Shown piece after piece: positions 27,349-36,439 of a DNA stretch of 64,000 nt (position 1 is the first letter of the stretch; each line of letters begins with the position of its first letter). The translations under genes and the position numbers were made by a program. This DNA is from Escherichia phage vB_EcoM_ESCO25, in sequence record OM386656.1. One strand, written 5' to 3'. The notes below the pieces were generated by a model, which was given only the letters and a program-made list of their open reading frames with translations, ran no database searches and was not told the DNA's origin.

Positions 27349-27707
27349 TTTTCCTCCTTCTTGTATTCTAAGAACATGTCAACTTCATAAGCTGCCCGTT
27401 CATTAAATTTACTAGGATCTACTAAAATAAAAAGTTGTTTATTTATATCTTGAAACTCTTTTACTACAATGTAAAGGTGTTTCTTACAAGAGAAGCCTGT
27501 TGCTTGATAAGCATCGCCCCAATCATCCACACCTTTTAATGTTTCTACATACTTACATTTTATTTTATCTTTACCGTCTTGGTAAAGTGCTTCACCTCCG
27601 AACCATGTGAAGAATTTAGTGCGATCTGCCCCAACCTTAAAGCCGTCACGAGCAAAAACACCAGTAGAGGCTAATAACAGCAAGGCAAACAGCACTTTTC
27701 TCATCAC
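27345..27707 (-). CDS. secreted protein (signal peptide)
   Basis: MMRKVLFALLLLASTGVFA signal peptide. Confidence 0.55.
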   Translation of the reverse strand: MMRKVLFALLLLASTGVFARDGFKVGADRTKFFTWFGGEALYQDGKDKIKCKYVETLKGVDDWGDAYQATGFSCKKHLYIVVKEFQDINKQLFILVDPSKFNERAAYEVDMFLEYKKEEK

Positions 27708-28015
27708 ATCTCCTCGTCGGACTTCAAGGCTTTAGAGAATACTACATTAAACATTTCACCGCAACCATTATTAACATAATACATGATGTAATTATCATCT
27801 TCGTCTACAGGCGCACGATACTCCAATTCATAACTATACAGATTAGAATTACTTGTGCAACCTTGTGGATACCAAAAGTAAAGTTCACCACAAGATTCTA
27901 CCCATTTAAGACCAGTCCGATCTTCAAACACCAATGTAGAAGGGTTTTCTGAATCTTTCACAGCTTCTTCATACTGTTGATGTACCATAACTGCTAATGA
28001 TAATGTACTCATCAC
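27704..28015 (-). CDS. hypothetical protein
   Basis: 103 aa ORF. Confidence 0.5.
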   Translation of the reverse strand: MMSTLSLAVMVHQQYEEAVKDSENPSTLVFEDRTGLKWVESCGELYFWYPQGCTSNSNLYSYELEYRAPVDEDDNYIMYYVNNGCGEMFNVVFSKALKSDEEM

Positions 28016-28185
28016 GCCTCCAAATAGTGTTTACAAATGACAAAACGCCATGTTTGTTTATAATAGTCTCTTTTTTCAAGAGCCTCTTTGTAAGAGGGTA
28101 TACGTTGCGACAGAAGCATCCATTCACAATCTGCACCCATTCTTCCATAAAGCGCGTAACGGATGTTACTTTGTTTATCTCCCAT
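28009..28185 (-). CDS. hypothetical small protein (58 aa), not on ORF track
   Basis: Manual translation MGDKQSNIRYALYGRMGADCEWMLLSQRIPSYKEALEKRDYYKQTWRFVICKHYLEA; RBS aaggagg; ATGA overlap with the next gene. Confidence 0.4.
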
Positions 28186-28228
28186 AAATGCCTCCTTAAT
28201 CTTGTTTACAAGTATACCCTCTAATTAG

Positions 28229-28426
28229 TTACACTTTTTCCCAAGTACCAAAAGCACAGGAAGGGTAGATTCCAACTTGAGGGTTTCCGTTATCATCTTT
28301 GAAAGTAAAACTGTTGTTGTCTTTATCAAGAACTGTAGAATAAATCTTACCAACAGTAACGCAGTTGGAAGCTTGACCCAGTTCAGTAAGAGTAAGACAT
28401 TTCATTTTCTGTTTCTTTGTAGCCAT
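28229..28426 (-). CDS. hypothetical protein
   Basis: 65 aa ORF directly downstream of promoter 28457..28486; RBS aggagac. Confidence 0.5.
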   Translation of the reverse strand: MATKKQKMKCLTLTELGQASNCVTVGKIYSTVLDKDNNSFTFKDDNGNPQVGIYPSCAFGTWEKV

Positions 28427-28456
28427 TTATAAAGTCTCCTTAGTAAGTGAATCTTT

Positions 28457-28499
28457 ATTCTACACAAAGAGCTTTGCACATGTCAAGTAACTCTTTGTG
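28457..28499 (-). promoter_or_regulatory. sigma70-like promoter (TTGACA-N18-TAGAAT) flanked by a 9-bp inverted repeat
   Basis: Minus strand: TTGACA (28486-28481), TAGAAT (28462-28457); inverted repeat CACAAAGAG (28463-71) / CTCTTTGTG (28491-99) brackets the -35. Confidence 0.55.
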
Positions 28500-28508
28500 A
28501 GATTAATC

Positions 28509-28775
28509 TTAATGATTGATGTTGATGACGATCTTAGTTTCAACCTTAGCCCAACAGGAATCTGCTTCATTAAAACGACTATTTGCAATGTATTCTCCTG
28601 CACGAGAACCTGTTAAGCAAACTGCACCTGTATCTGTAGCTAAGTAGTAGTCCCGTTCTTGTTCATTTACTTCTGAGTTGTAGTAATAGAAAACAGACAT
28701 AGGTTCAATTTCAGATAAACGGTATAACTTTGGAACAGGGGATTTCTCGATAAACTCAACAGAAGTTTTACTCAT
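28509..28775 (-). CDS. hypothetical protein
   Basis: 88 aa ORF. Confidence 0.5.
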   Translation of the reverse strand: MSKTSVEFIEKSPVPKLYRLSEIEPMSVFYYYNSEVNEQERDYYLATDTGAVCLTGSRAGEYIANSRFNEADSCWAKVETKIVININH

Positions 28776-28969
28776 TTGTTTTCTCCTAGATCTAAACTAA
28801 TTAAGAAGTCACGAAGGATGATCATTTGTTCTGTAGACAATGATAATACACCTTCTCCATAAATATCACCAGACCATTCAGCAGTTAGATCTAGTGTACC
28901 AGTACCAGGAAACCAATCAATAGTGATCTGATTACCATTAGAGTCAGGTAGTATTTCACTGACTAACAT
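28772..28969 (-). CDS. hypothetical protein
   Basis: Start trimmed to ATG with RBS aggagag (MLVSEIL...). Confidence 0.45.
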   Translation of the reverse strand: MLVSEILPDSNGNQITIDWFPGTGTLDLTAEWSGDIYGEGVLSLSTEQMIILRDFLISLDLGENK

Positions 28970-29138
28970 AACACACTCTCCTATTATTGTTCTTGATCTT
29001 ACGATCATCTACCGATAAGAACAAGTACTTAAATCTCTGTTCTTCGAACATCTAACGATAGAGATTAATCTATTACATAATCTATACTCGCTATCGCTCG
29101 ACCCTTCGGGGTTAGGGTAGCATATTTTTTGAAAAAAG

Positions 29139-29462
29139 TCAACACTTATTTTTGGTAAGTAGATAAATCAATTGTTCACCTGCTTCTGGTGCATATAGTG
29201 CTTTAGTATCGAAGTCAAAGAAGTGAGTGACTCCTGTTACTTTGGATGCCTGAATAGATAATCGTGCAAGCTTAAGCAGATTATCCATTTCTGCAATCTT
29301 TGCACGAAACACTGCACGTGTAGCGTCAAAAGCTGCATGTGGCATGTATTTACGATTTAGACTACTACGTTTAAATTTACGATAATCTGCAATGATCTTG
29401 TTACGTTCTTTGTTCAAGTGCTTTACCAGTGCAGTGTATACATGTGGTTCTTTGTTAGCCAT
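29139..29462 (-). CDS. hypothetical protein
   Basis: Start trimmed to MANKEPHVYT with RBS gaggag. Confidence 0.5.
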   Translation of the reverse strand: MANKEPHVYTALVKHLNKERNKIIADYRKFKRSSLNRKYMPHAAFDATRAVFRAKIAEMDNLLKLARLSIQASKVTGVTHFFDFDTKALYAPEAGEQLIYLLTKNKC

Positions 29463-29667
29463 TGTTAATCTCCTCTTCATATGTTGGTAGTGCATGGTAT
29501 GCGATCACAGGTGCCAAGTCAAAATAAAAATGACCATTGATAACAGCTATCGTGCCATTGCGTGTTTTGTTAACTTCACAGAATCCCTTCTTGCCGTTTG
29601 CCATGATTACAAGCCACTCTCCGATAGGAACATCCTCGGTACCAGATACTTTAATCCATCCACTCAC
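29455..29667 (-). CDS. hypothetical protein
   Basis: 70 aa ORF. Confidence 0.5.
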   Translation of the reverse strand: MSGWIKVSGTEDVPIGEWLVIMANGKKGFCEVNKTRNGTIAVINGHFYFDLAPVIAYHALPTYEEEINNG

Positions 29668-29921
29668 TTTACTTCCCCTTTGTAATCGGACACTATACCA
29701 GGTCTTACTTTTGCCTTAAGATGTTTCAACTCTACCATAGGAGTTGCCACTTGTATAGGGCTAACTTCAACCTTGTAGATAGTATATTCATAAGTCGCAT
29801 ATTTACCGATGGAATGCAAATACTTAATTGCGTGTTCAGGGGAATCTGCTTCAACATACCCTAAATCTTTCGTAGTACGACCTTCGGTATCGCCTTCAGT
29901 GGTTACGTGATAAAGTGTCAT
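29664..29921 (-). CDS. hypothetical protein
   Basis: 85 aa ORF. Confidence 0.5.
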   Translation of the reverse strand: MTLYHVTTEGDTEGRTTKDLGYVEADSPEHAIKYLHSIGKYATYEYTIYKVEVSPIQVATPMVELKHLKAKVRPGIVSDYKGEVK

Positions 29922-30241
29922 AAAACCTCCTTCTGGTTGGCTGCTTCAATCATAACGTTAAGAGTCTCCATACCGCTTTCAACTGCTTGAGCAATCTCTT
30001 GGAACACTGTTTTCTTAAAGATGTATAAAGATCCTGCCTGTAAGCGTTGCACACAGCATAAGAGGGTTTGGTGATCCATAACAAAGTCTCCATAAGCACA
30101 ATCAATTTTCCCTGTGATTGGGTTGTCTCGTGAGCGAGGATCGTATTCTAATGTGATATGCGTTACACCAGGTAAAGTAACAAACTGACAACGGATGTTG
30201 ACACGTGGTGCAATTGACACGCTAAACAAACTGTTTGACAT
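29918..30241 (-). CDS. hypothetical protein
   Basis: 107 aa ORF; RBS ggagg. Confidence 0.5.
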   Translation of the reverse strand: MSNSLFSVSIAPRVNIRCQFVTLPGVTHITLEYDPRSRDNPITGKIDCAYGDFVMDHQTLLCCVQRLQAGSLYIFKKTVFQEIAQAVESGMETLNVMIEAANQKEVL

Positions 30242-30388
30242 TTAAACCTCCTCGTAGTAAGGCAAAGCTTTGATCAGCTGTTCTGAAGTGCCATTCTCTG
30301 TCCATGTAACCCCGTTGTCAAGAGAAACATACCCTTTCTTATCGATAAATTTACGGAGACAACCAGTGAACTTGTTTTTGTAGATCAT
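30242..30388 (-). CDS. hypothetical small protein (48 aa), not on ORF track
   Basis: Manual translation MIYKNKFTGCLRKFIDKKGYVSLDNGVTWTENGTSEQLIKALPYYEEV; ATGA overlap with the upstream stop. Confidence 0.4.
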   Translation of the reverse strand: MIYKNKFTGCLRKFIDKKGYVSLDNGVTWTENGTSEQLIKALPYYEEV

Positions 30389-30819
30389 TTCTTCTTTCCT
30401 TTCTTTAATTTGTTGTGACCTTTACCCTTATAAAGCTTGTGATTACGAGCAGATGGGTTATTTTGGTTCTCCAGTCGGCTAACAGGTGTATTCCAAAGAT
30501 TTCCTGCTACAAAAGATGCTGCCACAAGTTCTTCCAGGTATACAAAATCCAAAGCAGGTATCTTTGTTTCCCTCATCTTGCGTTCTACATTAGACAACAC
30601 GCCTTCTTCCTTACTGTCTTCTTTTTCAATTACAGACCAACCCTCTTCCTGCCAAGCTTCCCCTCTGAACCAAGTTTCCATGTTATAACCTTGTTCGTCG
30701 AGAATAACACCATCTCGCATCTCAAACCATTCACCACCGCAAAAATAACTGTGCTCAACACGTCTACCTTCCTTCATTGCTTCTTTAGCTTCGGTCCAAG
30801 TCAGTTTGATGTTTTGCAT
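30385..30819 (-). CDS. hypothetical protein (first gene of minus-strand block)
   Basis: 144 aa; RBS agaggag; Lys-rich C-terminus. Confidence 0.5.
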   Translation of the reverse strand: MQNIKLTWTEAKEAMKEGRRVEHSYFCGGEWFEMRDGVILDEQGYNMETWFRGEAWQEEGWSVIEKEDSKEEGVLSNVERKMRETKIPALDFVYLEELVAASFVAGNLWNTPVSRLENQNNPSARNHKLYKGKGHNKLKKGKKK

Positions 30820-30849
30820 TTGTTTTCTCCTCTTGTTTTGTATGAGTTG

Positions 30850-30877
30850 ATCTTAACAGGACTAAAAAGCATGTCAA
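30850..30877 (-). promoter_or_regulatory. sigma70-like promoter (TTGACA-N16-TAAGAT) driving the minus-strand block
   Basis: Minus strand: TTGACA (30877-30872), TAAGAT (30855-30850). Confidence 0.5.
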
Positions 30878-30880
30878 TAC

Positions 30881-30908
30881 TTGATCTGAAATTATTTTCA
30901 GGTATCAT
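30881..30908 (+). promoter_or_regulatory. candidate divergent promoter (TTGATC-N16-TATCAT) for the plus-strand block
   Basis: TTGATC at 30881-86, TATCAT around 30903-08; gene 30934 follows with RBS agagagg. Confidence 0.4.
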
Positions 30909-30933
30909 ATATGAACATTAACAAGAGAGGTAG

Positions 30934-31227
30934 ATGATGAACATTACTTTAGCAACTAAGAATATTTCTGAGACAATTAACGGTTTTGGTGTCATTGTAG
31001 CCTTACACGGTAACAACGAGAAATGGTTGGCTTCTTTTGAAGAGGATCGTCAGCACAACATTATTTTAGATGCTCCTATAAAAGTTATGCATATCGTTGG
31101 TGAAAGCAAAGTGCTCACTTCCTCCCGTTCAAAAGAACAAATTACAAATGAATTAGTAAAACTGCTTGACAATGTTCTTAACATGTTTGATAATGCACCC
31201 ATCGATACAAAACGTGTCTTAATGTGA
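30934..31227 (+). CDS. hypothetical protein
   Basis: 97 aa ORF. Confidence 0.5.
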   Translation: MMNITLATKNISETINGFGVIVALHGNNEKWLASFEEDRQHNIILDAPIKVMHIVGESKVLTSSRSKEQITNELVKLLDNVLNMFDNAPIDTKRVLM

Positions 31228-31239
31228 GAGGAGAACCAA

Positions 31240-31527
31240 ATGTATTATTCACAAAATGAAGTAGCAAACATTAAACTGGCAGTTGGCGATCTTATTGTGT
31301 CACCTAACTACCATTGGGATAACACAGACTTGGTTGAAGTAGTAACTCATGTTGGGTTTGAGGGTGTTGTGCTCTACACCCTGGGTGGAGGTGTTGTTGG
31401 GGAAATGGAACGTTATACAACGACCAAGAAACTGGTAAGTTCTTATCGTATGTTCTTGCATCAAGGCTCAGAAGAGTATGCAACCTTCTTGTTGAAATTG
31501 GACGCAGATCGGGAGAAGGCACGATGA
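31240..31527 (+). CDS. hypothetical protein
   Basis: 95 aa ORF; RBS gagaggag. Confidence 0.5.
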   Translation: MYYSQNEVANIKLAVGDLIVSPNYHWDNTDLVEVVTHVGFEGVVLYTLGGGVVGEMERYTTTKKLVSSYRMFLHQGSEEYATFLLKLDADREKAR

Positions 31528-31880
31528 AAATTGTACACGATGAAATTCAAATAGAAGAAAGTGACCTGATGGATTTGGATGCAGCTTTGGGGAAGGTAAT
31601 CTATGCAGGAATTAAAGCCTTCCGTGAGAAGGCAAACAATAGCACGTTTGTCATGATCCCCACTAAACTGATGCGTGTTTTGTATCCAAATAGAAGTGCG
31701 CCGTATACAGATGAAGAAGAGGAGACAGGTAGAAGAGAGTGGTTAAATATTTTAGAAAAGATGGAGAATGCTTTTATTGATAGTGGTAATCCAGAAATCG
31801 TGTATGCTGAAGATCAAAGGAAGGCACGGTTAGAGGGCCGTCTTTTATTCGCTAGTTATTTTGATAATCTTTGGAGCTAA
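31524..31880 (+). CDS. hypothetical protein
   Basis: 118 aa ORF; ATGA overlap. Confidence 0.5.
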   Translation: MKIVHDEIQIEESDLMDLDAALGKVIYAGIKAFREKANNSTFVMIPTKLMRVLYPNRSAPYTDEEEETGRREWLNILEKMENAFIDSGNPEIVYAEDQRKARLEGRLLFASYFDNLWS

Positions 31881-31882
31881 AT

Positions 31883-32059
31883 ATGTCTGAATTCTTCACA
31901 ATGGCTTTCTTAGGGATCTATCTGATTATTAGTGCTGTTGGCTTAATCATGTCTCTAATAGAGGAAATGGGAATTAAGTGGAATTGTGCATTCGGTATAG
32001 CTCTTATGCTCACTCCGGTTTGGATCTACATCTGCAAAGCAGTTGAACTCATTGGTTAA
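31883..32059 (+). CDS. small membrane protein
   Basis: Start trimmed to MSEFFTMAFLGIYLIISAVGLIM...; two hydrophobic helices. Confidence 0.45.
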   Translation: MSEFFTMAFLGIYLIISAVGLIMSLIEEMGIKWNCAFGIALMLTPVWIYICKAVELIG

Positions 32060-32069
32060 TGGAGGTAAT

Positions 32070-32408
32070 ATGTTTAGTAAAGAAATGAGAGAGGTGATCG
32101 CTACTCTGGTAGTAGATCATGGTGTTGAAGTTGAGCGTCACGTTTGGAAAGATGAGCCTCCTTTCTTTGATTTGGCATCACGGGCTAAAAGTCACATGTA
32201 TCTCCTTGAAGATGATAAGGATTTTATTCTGCGTATGCGTTATGATCGAGAGTTTAGAATTCCTCTTGACACAGATCCTGGTGATGTAGTATTGTGGTTG
32301 GCAGAGCATTTCGCATTTAACGCTCTACATGGAAGAAGTTTTGGTAATGAACGTTGGGATACCATTTGTCGTAAACATAATATTGAACCAGAATACGGGA
32401 GTATGTAA
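32070..32408 (+). CDS. hypothetical protein
   Basis: Start trimmed to MFSKEM with RBS ggaggt. Confidence 0.5.
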   Translation: MFSKEMREVIATLVVDHGVEVERHVWKDEPPFFDLASRAKSHMYLLEDDKDFILRMRYDREFRIPLDTDPGDVVLWLAEHFAFNALHGRSFGNERWDTICRKHNIEPEYGSM

Positions 32409-32659
32409 TGTTAAGTATCAAACCTAAAATGATTACTGAAGATCAAAAAGATTACATTTATAAATGTGGTCGGGTGTGGAAAGAATACACTAAAGGTAAT
32501 GAAGTTATTGTAGTTACGGAACATGCTATTTCTTTATCAGATCTTTTTGGTGATTATTTGCAAGTCATTAAAATTGGTATTGACAGAGGTTTGGTGCAGG
32601 TGTTAACATTATCCCAAGTTGAAGCAGAACACTTAGACAAAATCATTGTCGAGTTCTAA
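32408..32659 (+). CDS. hypothetical protein
   Basis: 83 aa ORF. Confidence 0.5.
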   Translation: MLSIKPKMITEDQKDYIYKCGRVWKEYTKGNEVIVVTEHAISLSDLFGDYLQVIKIGIDRGLVQVLTLSQVEAEHLDKIIVEF

Positions 32660-32672
32660 GAGGAGAAAGAAT

Positions 32673-32837
32673 ATGATCTCTTTAGAATCAATAGCTTTTA
32701 AGAAGGGGTATACCGCAGGGTTCAAGTTTGGTATGTTTAATAAAGTAAATCCATATTGTCCAATGACACACAAAAAGGAATTCGAAGAATGGGAAGATGG
32801 ATTTTCTAAAGGCTATCAGGCAAAAGGTTGGTTGTAA
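32673..32837 (+). CDS. hypothetical small protein
   Basis: Start trimmed to MISLES with RBS gaggagaa. Confidence 0.45.
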   Translation: MISLESIAFKKGYTAGFKFGMFNKVNPYCPMTHKKEFEEWEDGFSKGYQAKGWL

Positions 32838-32846
32838 GGAGAGAAT

Positions 32847-33011
32847 ATGATTTTAAACTTCATCATCAACTTGTGTTTGACATTGGGGTTACTCTGTGCA
32901 ATAGTATCCCCTTTGGTTGGTGAATATTGTTCTGAACTGGCGATGTTTATAGTTCTTGGTGCGGCTATTGCTAATATGTTTGTCGCTGCGATTTGTATGT
33001 TGTGGGAATAG
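32847..33011 (+). CDS. small hydrophobic membrane peptide (54 aa), not on ORF track
   Basis: Manual translation MILNFIINLCLTLGLLCAIVSPLVGEYCSELAMFIVLGAAIANMFVAAICMLWE; RBS aaggagag. Confidence 0.45.
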   Translation: MILNFIINLCLTLGLLCAIVSPLVGEYCSELAMFIVLGAAIANMFVAAICMLWE

Positions 33012-33022
33012 GAGGGAAGTTT

Positions 33023-33379
33023 ATGAAAAAACTAATCTTAGCCACATTGCTGGCTACCGTAAGCTTCACCACTTACGCTCAAAAATTTGTAGCAGTTAAA
33101 ACAGATATTGGTAAAGATGTTGTGATCACAGGCAACAAGTTTTACTATACACCTGGGAATGGTGTTCTAGAAGAGTGTAAAGATGTTGAGGCATATACGG
33201 GAAAAGAAGATAACACGGAACGTCCTTTTTATTCGATTATAGCTACTTGCAAAAATGAAATAGTAGCTATTAAACAATACAAAGATGCCCCTGGAGGAGA
33301 ATACTTATTAGTCAAGAATATTAAGAGTGAAAAAACTGCAAAGTTTACAGTAATTATTTTAAAAGGAGAAACGTTCTAA
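33023..33379 (+). CDS. secreted or periplasmic protein (signal peptide)
   Basis: MKKLILATLLATVSFTTYAQ signal peptide; RBS ggaggga. Confidence 0.55.
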   Translation: MKKLILATLLATVSFTTYAQKFVAVKTDIGKDVVITGNKFYYTPGNGVLEECKDVEAYTGKEDNTERPFYSIIATCKNEIVAIKQYKDAPGGEYLLVKNIKSEKTAKFTVIILKGETF

Positions 33380-34518
33380 TGAAATACACTATTTTTGGAG
33401 ATGTAGCTGTTGTAAATAAGGAATATGGCGTTGAAGCTAATAAACTTCCTGCTGGAGTTTGGGTTGTCAACTGCGATCCGCACGGTAACTACTCTTTAGT
33501 GCGTGGTGAAAGTTTCTCTCTTCCGAACACTCTTTATGGGGAAACTAAAGATCGCGCCGCACATGTTATTAAAACATTTGCTCGTCGTAGTAAAGAAGGT
33601 AAAAATACTGGGGTGTTACTGACAGGGACAAAAGGCAGTGGTAAGACGATGTTAGCTAAACTAATTAGCATGTCTCTAATGTCCACAGAAGGTTTAGGTA
33701 TTCCAACCATTTTGGTTACACAGCCTTACACAGATGCTGGCTTCTTAGAATTTATGAGTAAAATTACAGATCGGGCTGTTGTTTTATTTGACGAATTTGA
33801 TAAAGTGTACGCTAAGAAAGAAGATCAGGAAGCACTGTTGACCTTGTTGGATGGAACAGGAAGTGGGAATAAACTTTACATCCTCACTAAAAATAGTGGT
33901 TATATCTCGGAATATTTTGTAAACCGTCCTAGTCGTATCTACTACAGTTTCAATTACGATAAACTGTCTAGTGAAACTATGTTAGATTACTTGGATAAGA
34001 ACTTGGTAAATAAAAAGCACGTAGATAACTTCCAACGTTTATGGGATGTTAGCACAGAGTTGTCTTTCGATGTTATTCAAGGCATTGTAGAAGAATTGAA
34101 TTTCTATCCAAAAATGACTTTTAAAGAATGTCTTGAAATGATGGGTATTTCTTTAGGGAACGATGCTAAATGGAATGTGGCTTCTATCGTAGCTAATGGC
34201 AAAACCTTGAAGGTGAATTGGATCAATAACTGGCACGACTTCACCCCTACTAAGTTTTTGTCGGGTGCTTGTTCCCTGAACATCTATCTACAAAGTTTGA
34301 AAGATGATGAAGTGGAAGCAATGGAAACCAACAGTTATGTTATCCTGGATGAAGATGGTGATCCACATATTGATCTATGTGCAACGGCTGATGGTCTAAC
34401 TTGTGATCTGATTGAAGGTGGTAAGATTCTGGTTATGAGCACTACACCAGGAAACACTTTGCGAGTGGTGCTGGAGCCTGTAACACAACGTTCCACTACA
34501 CTTGGTAGCGTGTTCTAA
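33379..34518 (+). CDS. AAA+ ATPase
   Basis: 379 aa; Walker A LLTGTKGSGKTMLAK, Walker B VVLFDEFDK. Confidence 0.7.
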   Translation: MKYTIFGDVAVVNKEYGVEANKLPAGVWVVNCDPHGNYSLVRGESFSLPNTLYGETKDRAAHVIKTFARRSKEGKNTGVLLTGTKGSGKTMLAKLISMSLMSTEGLGIPTILVTQPYTDAGFLEFMSKITDRAVVLFDEFDKVYAKKEDQEALLTLLDGTGSGNKLYILTKNSGYISEYFVNRPSRIYYSFNYDKLSSETMLDYLDKNLVNKKHVDNFQRLWDVSTELSFDVIQGIVEELNFYPKMTFKECLEMMGISLGNDAKWNVASIVANGKTLKVNWINNWHDFTPTKFLSGACSLNIYLQSLKDDEVEAMETNSYVILDEDGDPHIDLCATADGLTCDLIEGGKILVMSTTPGNTLRVVLEPVTQRSTTLGSVF

Positions 34519-34523
34519 TAAAG

Positions 34524-34546
34524 ATGCCCCGCAAGGGGCATTTGTT
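34524..34546 (+). terminator. intrinsic terminator after the AAA ATPase gene
   Basis: ATGCCCC-gcaa-GGGGCAT hairpin followed by TTGTTAT. Confidence 0.55.
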
Positions 34547-34606
34547 ATGGAGGGATTTTAGTTATTCTTTTGTTGTAGGCTCGCACTAATAGCTAAAGGG
34601 GGAGGT

Positions 34607-36067
34607 GTGCCAAAAATAGTCACTTGGGAACAATATAAAACAGATATAAAACAAGCTTATCAAGGTAAGTCTTGGACTGTTGTAGATTATATTGAGCCGT
34701 GGAACGGCAATAAAACTAAACTTAGATGCATCTGTGCTCTGCATGGAGAATGGAAAACAACAAGCATAAATACCGCTAAACTAGGGAGGGGTTGTCCAGA
34801 ATGCGGTAGGGAGATTATAAGTAAAGCAGTATCTATAAACAAATCAAAAACCTGGGAGCAATATAAAGAAGAAGTGCAAACCACTTACAATCAGGCAGGT
34901 AAGTTTTGGACTGTTACAGGATGGCACGGAGAATGGAAAGGATGGAATACTAAACTGGTTTGTTGTTGTGCTTTACATGGGGAGTGGAGGTCTACTTCTA
35001 TATCTTCTGCGAAAAACGGGAGTGGATGCAGGAAGTGTATGGGAGAAGCAAACAGAGAAAGAACATCGATTGCATGGGAGAAACATAAAGAAGAAGTAGA
35101 AGAAGCTTATAAAGAAAAACCCTGGATTGTTAGAGGCTATGTGGAACCGTGGAACGGTTCCCGCACTAAGTTGATTTGTGAGTGTAAGGTTCATGGTCAA
35201 TGGTGCACTACCACTGTAAACAGTGCTAAACAAGGGACTGGATGCTACAGTTGTCAAAGAGAAATGACGAAACAAAGGAATACAATGGAGGATAAACAAC
35301 ATGTTGAAGATTTTATAAAAGCTTGTCCTGATAATGTAGAGCGTAAATATTATCGTAGCGATAGAGTAGATAGATTAGGTCGTCAGGTTTACTGGATTGT
35401 AGAATGTCCTATATGTGCAGAGGATGATTATTGTAAAGAAGGCTTATGCGATAATAAATTTGAGATGAAGATGAGTCATTTGAAAAGGGGTGGCCTTCCT
35501 TGCCGTTGTTCTAAATATTATCATTACACTCCTGAACAATGGGCCTACCGTATGACCAAAGCTTGCCAGGAACGAGGGGATCAATTTATAGGATTCATTG
35601 ATAAGGTAAGCAATAACAGCAAGTTTAAATATCTATGTAGGGAGCATGGAGAGCAAACGATCACACCTACCGATTATCTCAATGGGAAAGGTTGTCCAGG
35701 CTGTAAGAACAGAAATATGCAAGAATTTTACATCAATATTATTCTTGATGAGTACGGAGAAGACACGGGAGCTTACAAGTTGGGGATTGCAAAGGACAGT
35801 GATATCAGGATCAAAGGGCAGAATGCAAACAACAATTACTCTATGCGCCGTATAGCATTGTTCGATCTGCCGTCCTACCAAGCTTGCAGGGCGTTAGAGA
35901 GTAAGCTAAAGTCTAAGACTGATCAGATTCTACCGTCTATTGGCTGTGTAGAACGCTTGCACATGAAAGATGGTCATAGTGAAACCTTCCTGCGCGAGGA
36001 TTTGGCTATCGTCTTAAGTGCTATCAACCAAGCAGGTGGAATAATGAGAGAGGAGGAAACATGTTAG
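34607..36067 (+). CDS. Cys-rich tandem-repeat protein with C-terminal GIY-YIG/T5orf172-like region
   Basis: 486 aa; three ~70-aa repeats (W-E-Q-Y-K ... TKL-C-C-ALHGEW ... AK-G-GC-x-C) plus a fourth degenerate Cys module; C-terminal EFYINIIL...AYKLGIAKD...RRIALFDL resembles a GIY-YIG-like motif. GTG start. Confidence 0.5.
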   Translation: MPKIVTWEQYKTDIKQAYQGKSWTVVDYIEPWNGNKTKLRCICALHGEWKTTSINTAKLGRGCPECGREIISKAVSINKSKTWEQYKEEVQTTYNQAGKFWTVTGWHGEWKGWNTKLVCCCALHGEWRSTSISSAKNGSGCRKCMGEANRERTSIAWEKHKEEVEEAYKEKPWIVRGYVEPWNGSRTKLICECKVHGQWCTTTVNSAKQGTGCYSCQREMTKQRNTMEDKQHVEDFIKACPDNVERKYYRSDRVDRLGRQVYWIVECPICAEDDYCKEGLCDNKFEMKMSHLKRGGLPCRCSKYYHYTPEQWAYRMTKACQERGDQFIGFIDKVSNNSKFKYLCREHGEQTITPTDYLNGKGCPGCKNRNMQEFYINIILDEYGEDTGAYKLGIAKDSDIRIKGQNANNNYSMRRIALFDLPSYQACRALESKLKSKTDQILPSIGCVERLHMKDGHSETFLREDLAIVLSAINQAGGIMREEETC

Positions 36068-36426
36068 TTGACGTTCAAATTATGCGCAACGAAAGAATGG
36101 ACTTCTTTGAAGCAGTAGAGAAACATCTGATCAGATGGGACTATGAATTTGTTCCTGCTGGATGTGGACCAGTAGAGCATTTAGCGGAAGACGACGATGT
36201 ATACATGATCATTCGTCAAGTGTACCAGACAGACCAGTGTGAAGAAACTCCCGAACTGATTTTGTTTGAGTGTAAAGATCTTGCAAAATATTTTGACTAT
36301 GGCGGAAAAGAGGGTCATAATCTCTCCAGATACAATAAACGTCTACTTATCTTAGACTACATGCGGAACAACAAACACAAACTCATCGACGCAGACGCAG
36401 TTTATGGCTACTGGTGGATGGACTAA
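36061..36426 (+). CDS. hypothetical protein
   Basis: 121 aa ORF. Confidence 0.5.
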   Translation: MLVDVQIMRNERMDFFEAVEKHLIRWDYEFVPAGCGPVEHLAEDDDVYMIIRQVYQTDQCEETPELILFECKDLAKYFDYGGKEGHNLSRYNKRLLILDYMRNNKHKLIDADAVYGYWWMD

Positions 36427-36439
36427 CAAAGGAGAAACT

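Noticed and set aside
29009-29138. 130-bp gap in the minus-strand operon containing GTTCGAA and inverted repeat AGAACA...TGTTCT; considered as a tRNA or small RNA
   Set aside because: No cloverleaf could be built; it contains a possible TTGACT promoter, so most likely an intergenic regulatory region. Left unannotated.
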